A stretch of DNA of 30,341 nucleotides from Candidatus Thorarchaeota archaeon SMTZ1-45 (GTDB lineage Archaea; Asgardarchaeota; Thorarchaeia; Thorarchaeales; Thorarchaeaceae), in the NCBI GenBank assembly GCA_001563335.1, contig LRSL01000010.1:1-30341 (forward strand). The letters run 5' to 3'. The translations under genes and the position numbers were made by a program. Below are positions 1 to 8,244 of the stretch, in pieces; position 1 is the stretch's first letter, and every line of letters starts with the position of its first letter. Below the pieces are notes generated by a model. That model ran no database searches. It saw nothing but the letters and a program-made list of their open reading frames with translations, and was not told where the DNA came from.

Positions 1-303
1 ACCTTATTGAATCATTTAGTCAGAGGCTTTTGAGGTTTGATGTTCGCACACTTGATTGAGCACCAAGAAGGCCAATCTCTCACGAACTTAGAGCAGAGCT
101 GATGCGAGTTTTTATCTCAATTCCCGGAGTTCTTATTCTCGATTCATTAGGACACAACTATATGCCTATCATGATTCCTATTCCTTTTTAGTTCCTCTAT
201 TGTGGATTACTCGTGCTCTATATATCGAAACGAAACATAGCACTGAATCATCAAACAAGTCAAACAATCGACAGTACAACTTGACGGACATGACTTATTA
301 AAA

Positions 304-1410
304 ATGCAATCGTTTATTGGAACAGTTAGCAAATTAACTTTGGAGAACAGGTTGGCAGTAATATCGAATGGTTGCACAATGCTTGTCCAAGGCTATCCTC
401 GAGGTTCATGTCTAGTGGAAACTTCAGAGGGTGCAAAGAAGATGGCGTGCACAGCCACACTTCGCCACAACCCTGACTCTGGGCATGAACGACTGATAAA
501 ATCACTACTCGTATCTCGTCCAGAGGACTATCTCTCCATATATCAGAGTGGCTGCAATCATACGTGTCTAAAGTGTCACTCACATGAGTTCAGTAAGGTT
601 GTCACTGGAAAATGGATGTCCGCATCTGATATAGCCAACGTGGTTTCAGAATATTTGGATTATGTGACAGTATTCGAGCCTAAAGAGGCTGCCACTAGTT
701 GGCATGCACATCGTCTTTGCAATCACTGCGGCATGTGTGTCACTATGGGGAAACGCCCACCCAAATGTCCTGAGAAACTATCTCCAGAACAAATAGTCCT
801 GAGCCCTCAGGGTTTCGGACCTGCGCGTAACATTATCGCGTTTACTGGCGGTGATGTTCTCTGTAGACCTGAGTTCTATATAGAAGCAGCTGAGAAGATC
901 AAAGAGGTGAGCAATGATTTCCACGTCTTGCTTGAAACTAATGGCTACGGACTTACTCCCAAGAACCTAGAAGCCTATTCAGAAGGGGGCATTGACGCAT
1001 TTTGGCTTGACATCAAGGCTTTCACTGAGAACACCTATCGCAAGCTTTGCGGGACCACTAATCAACACATTCTCTCGAGTGTTGAGAGAATAATCAATCA
1101 TGGCTTTACCTTGGAGGTGCTGACTCTCTACATTCCTGATATTGTTGAAACAGATGAACATATACAAATCGCAGAGTTAATTGCAGAAACTGACACTGGG
1201 ATTCCTACTACTTTACTTGCCTTCTTTCCCTGCTACAAACTTCTCTCTCCAGATTATAGACCTCCAACAGTTCAAGAGATGGTCAAGAGCTACACTGCAA
1301 TGCGCGAAGTTGGACTTGAGAATTTACGGATGAGCAACTTTGGGGTATTTGTTAAGACTGATCAAGACAGGCAGTATCTGAATGAAGCTTTAGGCTCTAA
1401 AACAATCTGA
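304..1410 (+). CDS. Radical SAM protein (PFL-activating-enzyme-like)
   Basis: 368-aa ORF with CxxxCxxC (GCNHTCLKCHS), FTGGD motif, LETNG and WLDIKA segments typical of activase-like radical SAM proteins; extra Cys cluster CNHCGMC...CP. Confidence 0.9.
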   Translation: MQSFIGTVSKLTLENRLAVISNGCTMLVQGYPRGSCLVETSEGAKKMACTATLRHNPDSGHERLIKSLLVSRPEDYLSIYQSGCNHTCLKCHSHEFSKVVTGKWMSASDIANVVSEYLDYVTVFEPKEAATSWHAHRLCNHCGMCVTMGKRPPKCPEKLSPEQIVLSPQGFGPARNIIAFTGGDVLCRPEFYIEAAEKIKEVSNDFHVLLETNGYGLTPKNLEAYSEGGIDAFWLDIKAFTENTYRKLCGTTNQHILSSVERIINHGFTLEVLTLYIPDIVETDEHIQIAELIAETDTGIPTTLLAFFPCYKLLSPDYRPPTVQEMVKSYTAMREVGLENLRMSNFGVFVKTDQDRQYLNEALGSKTI

Positions 1411-1419
1411 TATCATGAT

Positions 1420-1701
1420 CTAGATTATTCCTCCCCAGAAGGTGACTATGAACATCGCCTCTGAAGGAAAGTACACAAGAGCTCCAAATGGCACTCTGAC
1501 AACAGTCTTTGGGACCTCTCTCAATGGGATCATATCCCCAAGATAGTTAAATTCCTGATCTGGTCCACCAAGGTACTCAACCACCGTTGTAATTGCATAA
1601 TCATCCGTTAGCCAAGGCGACCATGCAAGAATAGCAATCATTGCAACTATAATGATGACAAAACTACGGCGTCGAGTAACTAATTTCCGAGTCATACGCA
1701 C
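1420..1701 (-). CDS. Small membrane-anchored hypothetical protein
   Basis: 93-aa ORF with a basic N-terminus followed by a hydrophobic helix; fills the gap convergent to the radical SAM gene. Confidence 0.7.
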   Translation of the reverse strand: MRMTRKLVTRRRSFVIIIVAMIAILAWSPWLTDDYAITTVVEYLGGPDQEFNYLGDMIPLREVPKTVVRVPFGALVYFPSEAMFIVTFWGGII

Positions 1702-1818
1702 TCATTGACTAATATGGCACTCACTTCGTATATGCATTTCTTACCCAATTTGAGAATGTCTATAAGGCGTCGGATAGAGAACCAGCTGACTGACTGAGTT
1801 AGGGAGCCCTTGTAAGAG

Positions 1819-2283
1819 TTGTACGATCCAAAATCAACCAGTGGACGCATAATGTTCATCGGAATCTACATCATCTGGATTGCTATTGGAGTATTGATGG
1901 GATTTTTCTTCATAGACTTTGCCAATTCTTGGCCTGACTGGGGGCCAGGTCCTCATCCATCTATGTTTGTCTGGATTCCATTCGCTATTGCTGGTGTTGG
2001 TGTCTTTGCACTCATAGTTCAGATAGTGAATGTAGTGAATGAGCGAGACGAATCAAAGCATGCTCAAGGATTTTCAGCGAGAACATATTCATATGATGAT
2101 GTCCCATCAACAAGTACACGAACATCTGGCTACCTTGAACCTACGCAATCCTACCAAGCTCCCCCATTCTGCAGTCAATGTGGTGCGGAGTTAGATTCAG
2201 AACTAGTTGAATGGATAGGACCCCTGCGATTCAGATGTCCATCTTGCGGAAGAACAGGTAAGGCTGAAGAAACACAATTCTAG
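1819..2283 (+). CDS. Two-TM membrane protein with C-terminal zinc ribbon
   Basis: Two hydrophobic helices, a Ser/Thr-rich linker and CSQC...CPSC; TTG start. Confidence 0.8.
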   Translation: MYDPKSTSGRIMFIGIYIIWIAIGVLMGFFFIDFANSWPDWGPGPHPSMFVWIPFAIAGVGVFALIVQIVNVVNERDESKHAQGFSARTYSYDDVPSTSTRTSGYLEPTQSYQAPPFCSQCGAELDSELVEWIGPLRFRCPSCGRTGKAEETQF

Positions 2284-2487
2284 TATATCTGTAGATTTGT
2301 ATCATATTCTCATGGTGCATGACAGGCAATATTCCCTGCAGAGGGGTAAGAGTCAATCAGCAATTACTTTCCTTCATTCTCACGCAGTAAGAACTTCTTC
2401 TCCTTTTTATGGAACCAAAAGTGCTATGGTAACTCTTAGGAGAACCTTATGTGTTTCTAAGCTCTTAATACACTAGAGCGTAAGACA

Positions 2488-3156
2488 ATGAGAAAGTCAT
2501 TGTATGTTCTATTGGCAGCAACAACAATTGGTTTATTCATAATGACCTTGTGGACTGGAAGTATTTTCTTCTCTGTCATCTCGCAGCGGGATCAGAGCGT
2601 AACTGACAACATCCAATATATCGAGGATGATCCAATAGAAGGGCAGGTGACGATCAGCGTCCGTAGTAAGATGTACGAAGGCATACTCAGTCAAGTATAT
2701 TTCAATATCAGTCTAATGATTCAAGGTTCCACTGTAATGAACTTGACAATTGAAAGTATCATAATTGTTTTATCGCCTCTTGACCTTGAGAATAGAACCG
2801 AAGCTGACTTACCGAAATATGTTGGTGTAAATAACACTCAGCTCAATTTCGAAAATGTAAGATTTGTGAATATTGAAGGAATTATTGAAATCAGACCTGT
2901 CATCATCACAGGAGAAATCTATCTAGGCTGCGGTATTGAGTGGATTCTAAGAAATGGCAGTCTATCGGGACCTTGTGAGTATGGGAATAATTGCTGGTTT
3001 GGAACAGACGGGTCACTCTTCATGACTCCCGTCATTGTTTATCCTGCCTTTCTTCAACTCCAAGGTTGGTCTTATGGGTTTGTTGGAACCCTGTTAATTT
3101 GGATGATTCTTGTTGTTTATAATTTCAAGAAAAATAGAACAAGGACTAATCCATAA
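2488..3156 (+). CDS. Hypothetical membrane protein (N- and C-terminal TM, beta-rich extracellular domain)
   Basis: 222-aa ORF with hydrophobic termini, several N-x-S/T sequons and a basic C-terminal tail. Confidence 0.75.
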   Translation: MRKSLYVLLAATTIGLFIMTLWTGSIFFSVISQRDQSVTDNIQYIEDDPIEGQVTISVRSKMYEGILSQVYFNISLMIQGSTVMNLTIESIIIVLSPLDLENRTEADLPKYVGVNNTQLNFENVRFVNIEGIIEIRPVIITGEIYLGCGIEWILRNGSLSGPCEYGNNCWFGTDGSLFMTPVIVYPAFLQLQGWSYGFVGTLLIWMILVVYNFKKNRTRTNP

Positions 3157-3424
3157 TCTCATCCTCTAGCTCTCTCATAACAGACAACTCTCCACCATGA
3201 TAATGGGATTGAAAATGCGGTCTATCTCTTGCAGGAAGTCCGCAACCAAGAAGTGTGAAGAGCATAATCACAGCAAATATGGTAATGGTAGGAATATCCT
3301 TCATTGAGATCTCAGGAGACCGACCGAGTGGCCAAAAGAAGATCCCAGCAATGAACCCAATAATCACAAGCAGCATGATGTAATATTCCCAAGAACGTTC
3401 CATGCTGACTCCATCTCGGACCAT
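3146..3424 (-). CDS. Small two-TM hypothetical protein
   Basis: 92-aa ORF with two hydrophobic helices; overlaps the end of the convergent gene by 11 nt. Confidence 0.65.
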   Translation of the reverse strand: MVRDGVSMERSWEYYIMLLVIIGFIAGIFFWPLGRSPEISMKDIPTITIFAVIMLFTLLGCGLPARDRPHFQSHYHGGELSVMRELEDEIMD

Positions 3425-3513
3425 ATAGTTCTCCAGACTAAGCCATTCACATCAATATGAATATAGACTTCGGTCTACGCTGATAACCGTCTATAAACGC
3501 AAAAATGAGAGTC

Positions 3514-3553
3514 AAAAACGGGTGATTGGGCAGCATGTTGCTGCCCTCCCGTT
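3514..3553 (-). terminator. Hairpin plus T-tract downstream of the histone gene
   Basis: GGGCAGCA-tgt-TGCTGCCC (3528-3546), outer AACGGG/CCCGTT pairing, and an A5 run at 3514-3518 (U-tract on the minus strand). Confidence 0.6.
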
Positions 3554-3569
3554 GTTTGTACTAAGCAAC

Positions 3570-3773
3570 CTAGAAGTCATAAGCTTTCAGGGTCTTTCTT
3601 CCATTCCTCTTGCAGCGCTCTGCTGCGTCTGCTAGTGCATTGTGTACAGCTGTGTTGACTGCATCATAGGCGTCAGACCCCACCATCATTCCACTGTCTT
3701 TGGCGAAGTCTTGGATTGCTTTCTTAACGAAAAATGTGTACTTTGGAGCTTTAGCAGCTTTTTTCTTCGACAT
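3570..3773 (-). CDS. Histone-fold protein, short-alpha3 (face-to-face-like) type, with Lys-rich N-terminal tail
   Basis: 67 aa: alpha1 (VKKAIQDFAK), L1 (GMMVGSDA), long alpha2, and L2 motif GRKTLKAYDF (R-x-T-x4-D) ending the protein. GAGGT RBS upstream. Confidence 0.9.
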   Translation of the reverse strand: MSKKKAAKAPKYTFFVKKAIQDFAKDSGMMVGSDAYDAVNTAVHNALADAAERCKRNGRKTLKAYDF

Positions 3774-3795
3774 TTTCTAAAACCTCTATAATTAC

Positions 3796-3878
3796 CCATC
3801 GCCAGAAATGGAGAACTGTGAACACTTCTCCCCTGACAGCAGGTGGAAAATTGATTAGTTGACTAGTTAATAAGTATA
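3796..3878 (-). promoter_or_regulatory. Putative histone promoter (TATA-like) and hairpin-forming leader
   Basis: The minus strand reads TACTTATTAA near 3867-3876; nested inverted repeats span 3796-3846. Confidence 0.4.
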
Positions 3879-3976
3879 TGTCGTAGAAACGCGCTCTGGA
3901 TAAGCTAGAAGCCTTTTGCTAGGTTTTGCACCATCTTTTGGTTTTAGACCCAAAGAACATCCCAAGGTAAACGACA

Positions 3977-4375
3977 TCATTCTATGTTCTCCGGATAGAG
4001 TGCCTTACGCATATCTTCCAATATTGTAACACCTTGCGTGAACACGAATGCTATCTCCAAAGCCGCCACTACACCAAAGACCATCACAGAAACAACAATG
4101 TTTCCAAACCTGAATGGATTCATAAGATAGCCCATCACAAGAACGAAACCTATCATGCTGCAAGCAATCATGAATAATTTTCCACATCCTCGACTGAAAA
4201 GATACGTGAGTGCGATGAACGATAGGCCAACTGATATGCTAAGAGATGTACATACAACGTAACTAATCCAGATTGAAGAATCAAATGAGCTGGGAGAATA
4301 ACTGTAGAAGGCCGCGAATGTGAGGAAGAATCCTATCCCTGTCGTAATCAATAGACCCCATCTTATGCCTAGCAT
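3977..4375 (-). CDS. Four-TM hypothetical membrane protein
   Basis: 132-aa ORF, almost entirely hydrophobic helices. Confidence 0.75.
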   Translation of the reverse strand: MLGIRWGLLITTGIGFFLTFAAFYSYSPSSFDSSIWISYVVCTSLSISVGLSFIALTYLFSRGCGKLFMIACSMIGFVLVMGYLMNPFRFGNIVVSVMVFGVVAALEIAFVFTQGVTILEDMRKALYPENIE

Positions 4376-4449
4376 GACACTTCAAGAACTAATAGTCCGC
4401 CAGAGAGTTTAGTCTTATCGGTCATTTCTAGTAATAGGCAAGTGCCACT

Positions 4450-4496
4450 TTTACTGTAAAGCAATACATTTATATAAAAATGTACATTTTTACAGT
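4450..4496 (+). promoter_or_regulatory. TATA box with overlapping palindromic operator
   Basis: TTTATATA at 4469-4476; perfect 18-bp palindrome TAAAAATGTACATTTTTA at 4475-4492; flanking ACTGTAAA (4453-4460) and TTTACAGT (4489-4496). Confidence 0.7.
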
Positions 4497-4509
4497 TCGT
4501 GATAAGATA

Positions 4510-5169
4510 ATGAGCGACGATATTGATATTATTCGCAAGGAACTCGAAGAGGTTCGTAAACTGAAAGAGGAGCTGAAAAAAGAATTACATGATATGAAAG
4601 CTCTGAAGAGAGAGGAACAGAACAAAGGTCAGCGTCGTCAGATTCATAGAGACGAAGCACGACGACTCAGAGCGGAAGCAAGACGTGCTCGTGCATCAAG
4701 ACCACCAAAACCTCCACGTCCACCTAGAGTCACAAGGGTTGACCTAGATCTTGAGGACCTCACAGATTCTTTAGAAACCATGATGGATGGGCTTGGCCAC
4801 CAGATCGAGATGAGTCTAAGGAACATTGATGGTCTGAAAGTACCAGGAATAAGAATTCACAAGGACTATCGAAGGACTAAGAGGAGAAGAGACCAACGCC
4901 AAGAGATTGAGTCAATAGCTCCAGAACGCGTGGCTGCGATAGTTGCACCCCTTGGAAGTGAAGAACGGTTGAAGATTCTTGACTACCTCAAGACAGGTGG
5001 GAAGAGTTTCAATGACATCGAGAATTTCACGGGCAAGACAGGCAGTTCATTGACTCATCATCTGAATCCTCTGATTGAAGCTGGCTATGTGGTCAAGGGT
5101 GAAGTAAGAGGAACTTACTATGTCACAGTAGAAGGACGGTTGGCCTCAGTGGTTGACTCATCGGGTTGA
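4510..5169 (+). CDS. ArsR-type winged-HTH regulator with N-terminal coiled coil (probably the 5' part of a frameshifted gene running to 5461)
   Basis: LGSEERLKILDYL...SFNDI...SLTHHLNPLIEAGYV...RGTYYVT is an ArsR-like wHTH. Start moved to ATG 4510 because ATG 4480 lies inside the promoter palindrome. Confidence 0.85.
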   Translation: MSDDIDIIRKELEEVRKLKEELKKELHDMKALKREEQNKGQRRQIHRDEARRLRAEARRARASRPPKPPRPPRVTRVDLDLEDLTDSLETMMDGLGHQIEMSLRNIDGLKVPGIRIHKDYRRTKRRRDQRQEIESIAPERVAAIVAPLGSEERLKILDYLKTGGKSFNDIENFTGKTGSSLTHHLNPLIEAGYVVKGEVRGTYYVTVEGRLASVVDSSG

Positions 5170-5461
5170 GAGGCAGAAACAGAGGTCTGTTAGCAACGAT
5201 AACAGTGAATCATCGATCGATATTGAGTTTGATGATGGAGATGCAGAATCTGATGTTTTCGAGGATGAGGACACAGCTGAGGAGGCTGCTGAACACCTAG
5301 AAAGGCTCGCAGAAGAACTTGAGGAAGCGAGGGATGACCTTGAAGATCAACATGATGGGCTTGAGGAAGCTAGGGAGGATCTAGAATCTTCTCTTGCTGA
5401 GAAACTTGAGGATGAAGATGATGAGCCAGAAGATCTAGACGAACTTGATTGGGATGATTAG
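5153..5461 (+). CDS. Highly acidic coiled-coil segment, likely the frameshifted C-terminal tail of the wHTH regulator
   Basis: D/E-rich frame with heptad Leu repeats, ending LDWDD. It has only a TTG start overlapping the upstream ORF, and the frame is open upstream (QWLTHRVER). Confidence 0.65.
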   Translation: MTHRVERQKQRSVSNDNSESSIDIEFDDGDAESDVFEDEDTAEEAAEHLERLAEELEEARDDLEDQHDGLEEAREDLESSLAEKLEDEDDEPEDLDELDWDD

Positions 5462-5468
5462 GAGGTAA

Positions 5469-6245
5469 ATGATAATGATACGACTAACACCTGATACTAA
5501 TGTAATGGTAACAACACAAGAGATAGACATTATCTCACATGAGAAAGCCTATGTGAGAATGAAGTCCGGCTGCGTGTGGGTCTACCTTCTCGAGGATGGA
5601 GTCCGCGTTGGTGTCGCTTTCGCTGGTCCATCGCGCTTTGCAGTTGATGCAATCGCAGAGACTGACATGGGTGCAATGGGCGAGTCAATAACCGGGGACC
5701 TCTCTGGTATACAGCTCTACATAGGAATTTCTTCTTTGGAGAACATCTCTAAGAGTGCTGAAAGTTTAGAGATTCAAAAGCAGGGTTTCAAAGACACTGA
5801 AACATTTGTGAAGAAGATTGAAGATGAAATCCAGAAGCACATGAATGGTGAGAACAAGAAGACAAAGATTGAGAGTAGGAAGGACTCCAAGATATTCTTC
5901 GGAACTGACTCGAAGGACAAGCAACTGCTTCTAGTCTTGAGTGAAGAAAAGGAGCTTGTTTTTACATATGATAAGGCTGTTTTTGTCTTGGGTGATGATA
6001 ACATGGTTTCAGTCAGCAAATCTGGAGTTGTAGTGTCAAACCGAGATGGAAAACAGATCATCGTTGGAAAGAATGGAATAGTTGGACTTGACAACTTCTT
6101 AGACATAGGTCCAATAATCACAGATTCTGTGACTAGTGCAATGAAGGGTCTAAAGGGTCTCAAGTCATTGAAATCCATGAAACGCTCGATGAGAGGATTT
6201 CCATACGCTTGGGACAACGTTGACGATTTTGACTGGGAGGACTGA
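5469..6245 (+). CDS. Hypothetical protein, likely co-transcribed with the wHTH regulator
   Basis: 258-aa ORF with GGAGGT RBS at 5461-5466 (true start may be ATG 5475); beta-rich body; C-terminal KGLKGLKSLKS and DDFDWED. Confidence 0.85.
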   Translation: MIMIRLTPDTNVMVTTQEIDIISHEKAYVRMKSGCVWVYLLEDGVRVGVAFAGPSRFAVDAIAETDMGAMGESITGDLSGIQLYIGISSLENISKSAESLEIQKQGFKDTETFVKKIEDEIQKHMNGENKKTKIESRKDSKIFFGTDSKDKQLLLVLSEEKELVFTYDKAVFVLGDDNMVSVSKSGVVVSNRDGKQIIVGKNGIVGLDNFLDIGPIITDSVTSAMKGLKGLKSLKSMKRSMRGFPYAWDNVDDFDWED

Positions 6246-6396
6246 TGGAGAATGGATGAGTGTGAAACCAACCTCCACAAACTAGAATCCAAGTTGATTC
6301 ACTATCTCTGGTGTCTTTCATCCGATGGTACTCACCATAATCATGGTGACATTAGTCTTAATGACTAATTCACAGAATTAGTAAAAAGCACGTTTC

Positions 6397-6421
6397 GGGC
6401 CCCTTTGTCTTTCGGGGGCCC
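6397..6421 (-). terminator. GC-rich hairpin just after the ABC exporter stop codon
   Basis: GGGCCCC (6397-6403) pairs with GGGGCCC (6415-6421); an A-run lies nearby at 6383-6387. Confidence 0.5.
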
Positions 6422-6423
6422 TC

Positions 6424-8244
6424 CTATTTCTGTATAGGCACTCTAATAGATCGTGGTCTGATTTGAAGTTCGTACAGTGAATGATACTTGCCCTGTTGTT
6501 CCATTAACTCCGCATGTTTTCCAGATTCAACTATTTTCCCATTTTCTAGTACAACAATTCTGTCTGCATTAACAATGGTTGAGAGTCTGTGAGCAATTAC
6601 GATCGAGGTTCGATTCTCTAGAAGGACTTTCATTCCTCTCTGGATTGCATGCTCCGTATAGATGTCAACTGAACTTGTAGCTTCATCAAGAATCAGGATT
6701 TTAGGATCTGCAAGCAGGGCTCTAGCAAAGCTGACTAATTGTCGCTCACCCTCTGAGAGTCTACTCCCTCTCTCACCCACCTCTGTGTCAAGTCCGTTCT
6801 CGAGACCCTCTATTATTCTTCTAGCACCTATTGCATCAAGCGCCGCAATAATATCTTCTTCAGTTGCCTCCTGACAGCCATAGCTTATGTTTTCCCTCAC
6901 AGTCCCCATGAATAGAAATGCTTCCTGAAGCACGAGTCCAATCCTTGAATGAAGCGAATTCTGTGTCACTGTCCTAATATCGATACCATCAATCTCGATT
7001 GAGCCATCAAGTACATCATAGAACCTGTTCAAGAGGTTCACAATTGTAGTCTTGCCTGCACCTGTGTTTCCAACAATTGCTACTGTTTCTCCAGTTTTAA
7101 TCTCCAAGTTGAAGTTCTCCAACACAAGAAGACCCTCAACATATCCAAAAGTAACATTGTTGAAACGTACATGTCCCTTTATCTCAAGCATGACCTGAGC
7201 ATCTGGATGGTCTTGAACTGCTGACTCAGAATCGATTACAGAAAAGACCCTCTCTCCGCCAGCAAAAGCACTCTGAACAGATGTATAGAAGTTAGCAATT
7301 ATGAGAATCGGACGGAAAAAGCTATCACTGAACTGAACAAACATGACTATAGTTCCAAGAGTGACTACAGGAACCAGACTTGGATCTAGCATGAGCATTC
7401 CACCAAAGAGAAGAATCACTGTTGTTCCGAGTCCGCTGATAAAACGAATAACAGGGAAGAAAGAAGCTTGCGCTTTCCCTGCATCAATATTTGACTGATA
7501 ATCTGCCTCGTTTAACTCTGCAAATATCTCAGCACTGATTCTCTCTCTTGCAAAACTCTTGGTCACCTTTGCTCCCGAGATACTCTCGGCTAAGTTGGAT
7601 GTTACATTTGATATTGTCTTTCGTGTCCGTCTGTATGCTTCGCGGAGTAGCTTCCTGAAGTATATTGTAGTGAGGAGCAGTATTGGAACAATCGAAAGTG
7701 AAATGAGAGCAAGTCGCCAATCAGCCGAGAACATAGCAGCACCAATTGCAAAGACAATGAAAACCTGAGCGAACGCATTGATTAGCTCCCCTCCAAGAAG
7801 CTCACTCATCCTATCCACATCATTTGTCAGCCTTGAGATAATCCTGCCACTTGAGGAATGATCATGGAACTCTTCAGACAACTCCTGTACATGGCTGTAG
7901 AGCTCTTGCCTAATGTCAAAGATGGCTCTCTGCCCCATGAGTGCCATTAGATAGCCACTTCCGTAATTTGTGATCCATGACATGATTTGAAGAAACACAT
8001 ACAGAAGTGCTGTGAAGATAATTGGCTGGATAATCTCATTCACAAAGTCAACATCAATTGCCTGTCGCAAAACAAAAGGAGTCCATACCCCAAGTACGAT
8101 GCCAATCGCAGTCAGAACCACAACAGCAGCAAACAACTTCCTATATGCAAACAGGTACTTGATCATTCGTATGAGCAGCTCCGAGTCGGTGTACTCGTAT
8201 GTTCTTGCGTCTGGGTCGTCTGCACTATCCAGAGAACTACTCAC
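6424..8244 (-). CDS. ABC exporter, fused TMD-NBD half transporter (TM288-like subunit)
   Basis: TMD followed by Walker A GNTGAGKT, deviant signature LSEGE, Walker B ILILDE and H-switch IAHR. Confidence 0.95.
   Translation of the reverse strand: MSSSLDSADDPDARTYEYTDSELLIRMIKYLFAYRKLFAAVVVLTAIGIVLGVWTPFVLRQAIDVDFVNEIIQPIIFTALLYVFLQIMSWITNYGSGYLMALMGQRAIFDIRQELYSHVQELSEEFHDHSSSGRIISRLTNDVDRMSELLGGELINAFAQVFIVFAIGAAMFSADWRLALISLSIVPILLLTTIYFRKLLREAYRRTRKTISNVTSNLAESISGAKVTKSFARERISAEIFAELNEADYQSNIDAGKAQASFFPVIRFISGLGTTVILLFGGMLMLDPSLVPVVTLGTIVMFVQFSDSFFRPILIIANFYTSVQSAFAGGERVFSVIDSESAVQDHPDAQVMLEIKGHVRFNNVTFGYVEGLLVLENFNLEIKTGETVAIVGNTGAGKTTIVNLLNRFYDVLDGSIEIDGIDIRTVTQNSLHSRIGLVLQEAFLFMGTVRENISYGCQEATEEDIIAALDAIGARRIIEGLENGLDTEVGERGSRLSEGERQLVSFARALLADPKILILDEATSSVDIYTEHAIQRGMKVLLENRTSIVIAHRLSTIVNADRIVVLENGKIVESGKHAELMEQQGKYHSLYELQIRPRSIRVPIQK

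Noticed and set aside
1-59. Possible 3' end of an upstream gene (LIESFSQRLLRFDVRTLD*, + strand)
   Set aside because: Only 18 codons are visible with no recognisable motif, so it cannot be supported as a feature.
5774-6292. 172-aa antisense ORF, and similar shadow ORFs (e.g. 11648-12103, 27472-27942, 26152-26520, 16268-16591)
   Set aside because: They overlap well-supported genes on the opposite strand or another frame and show no motifs or RBS.
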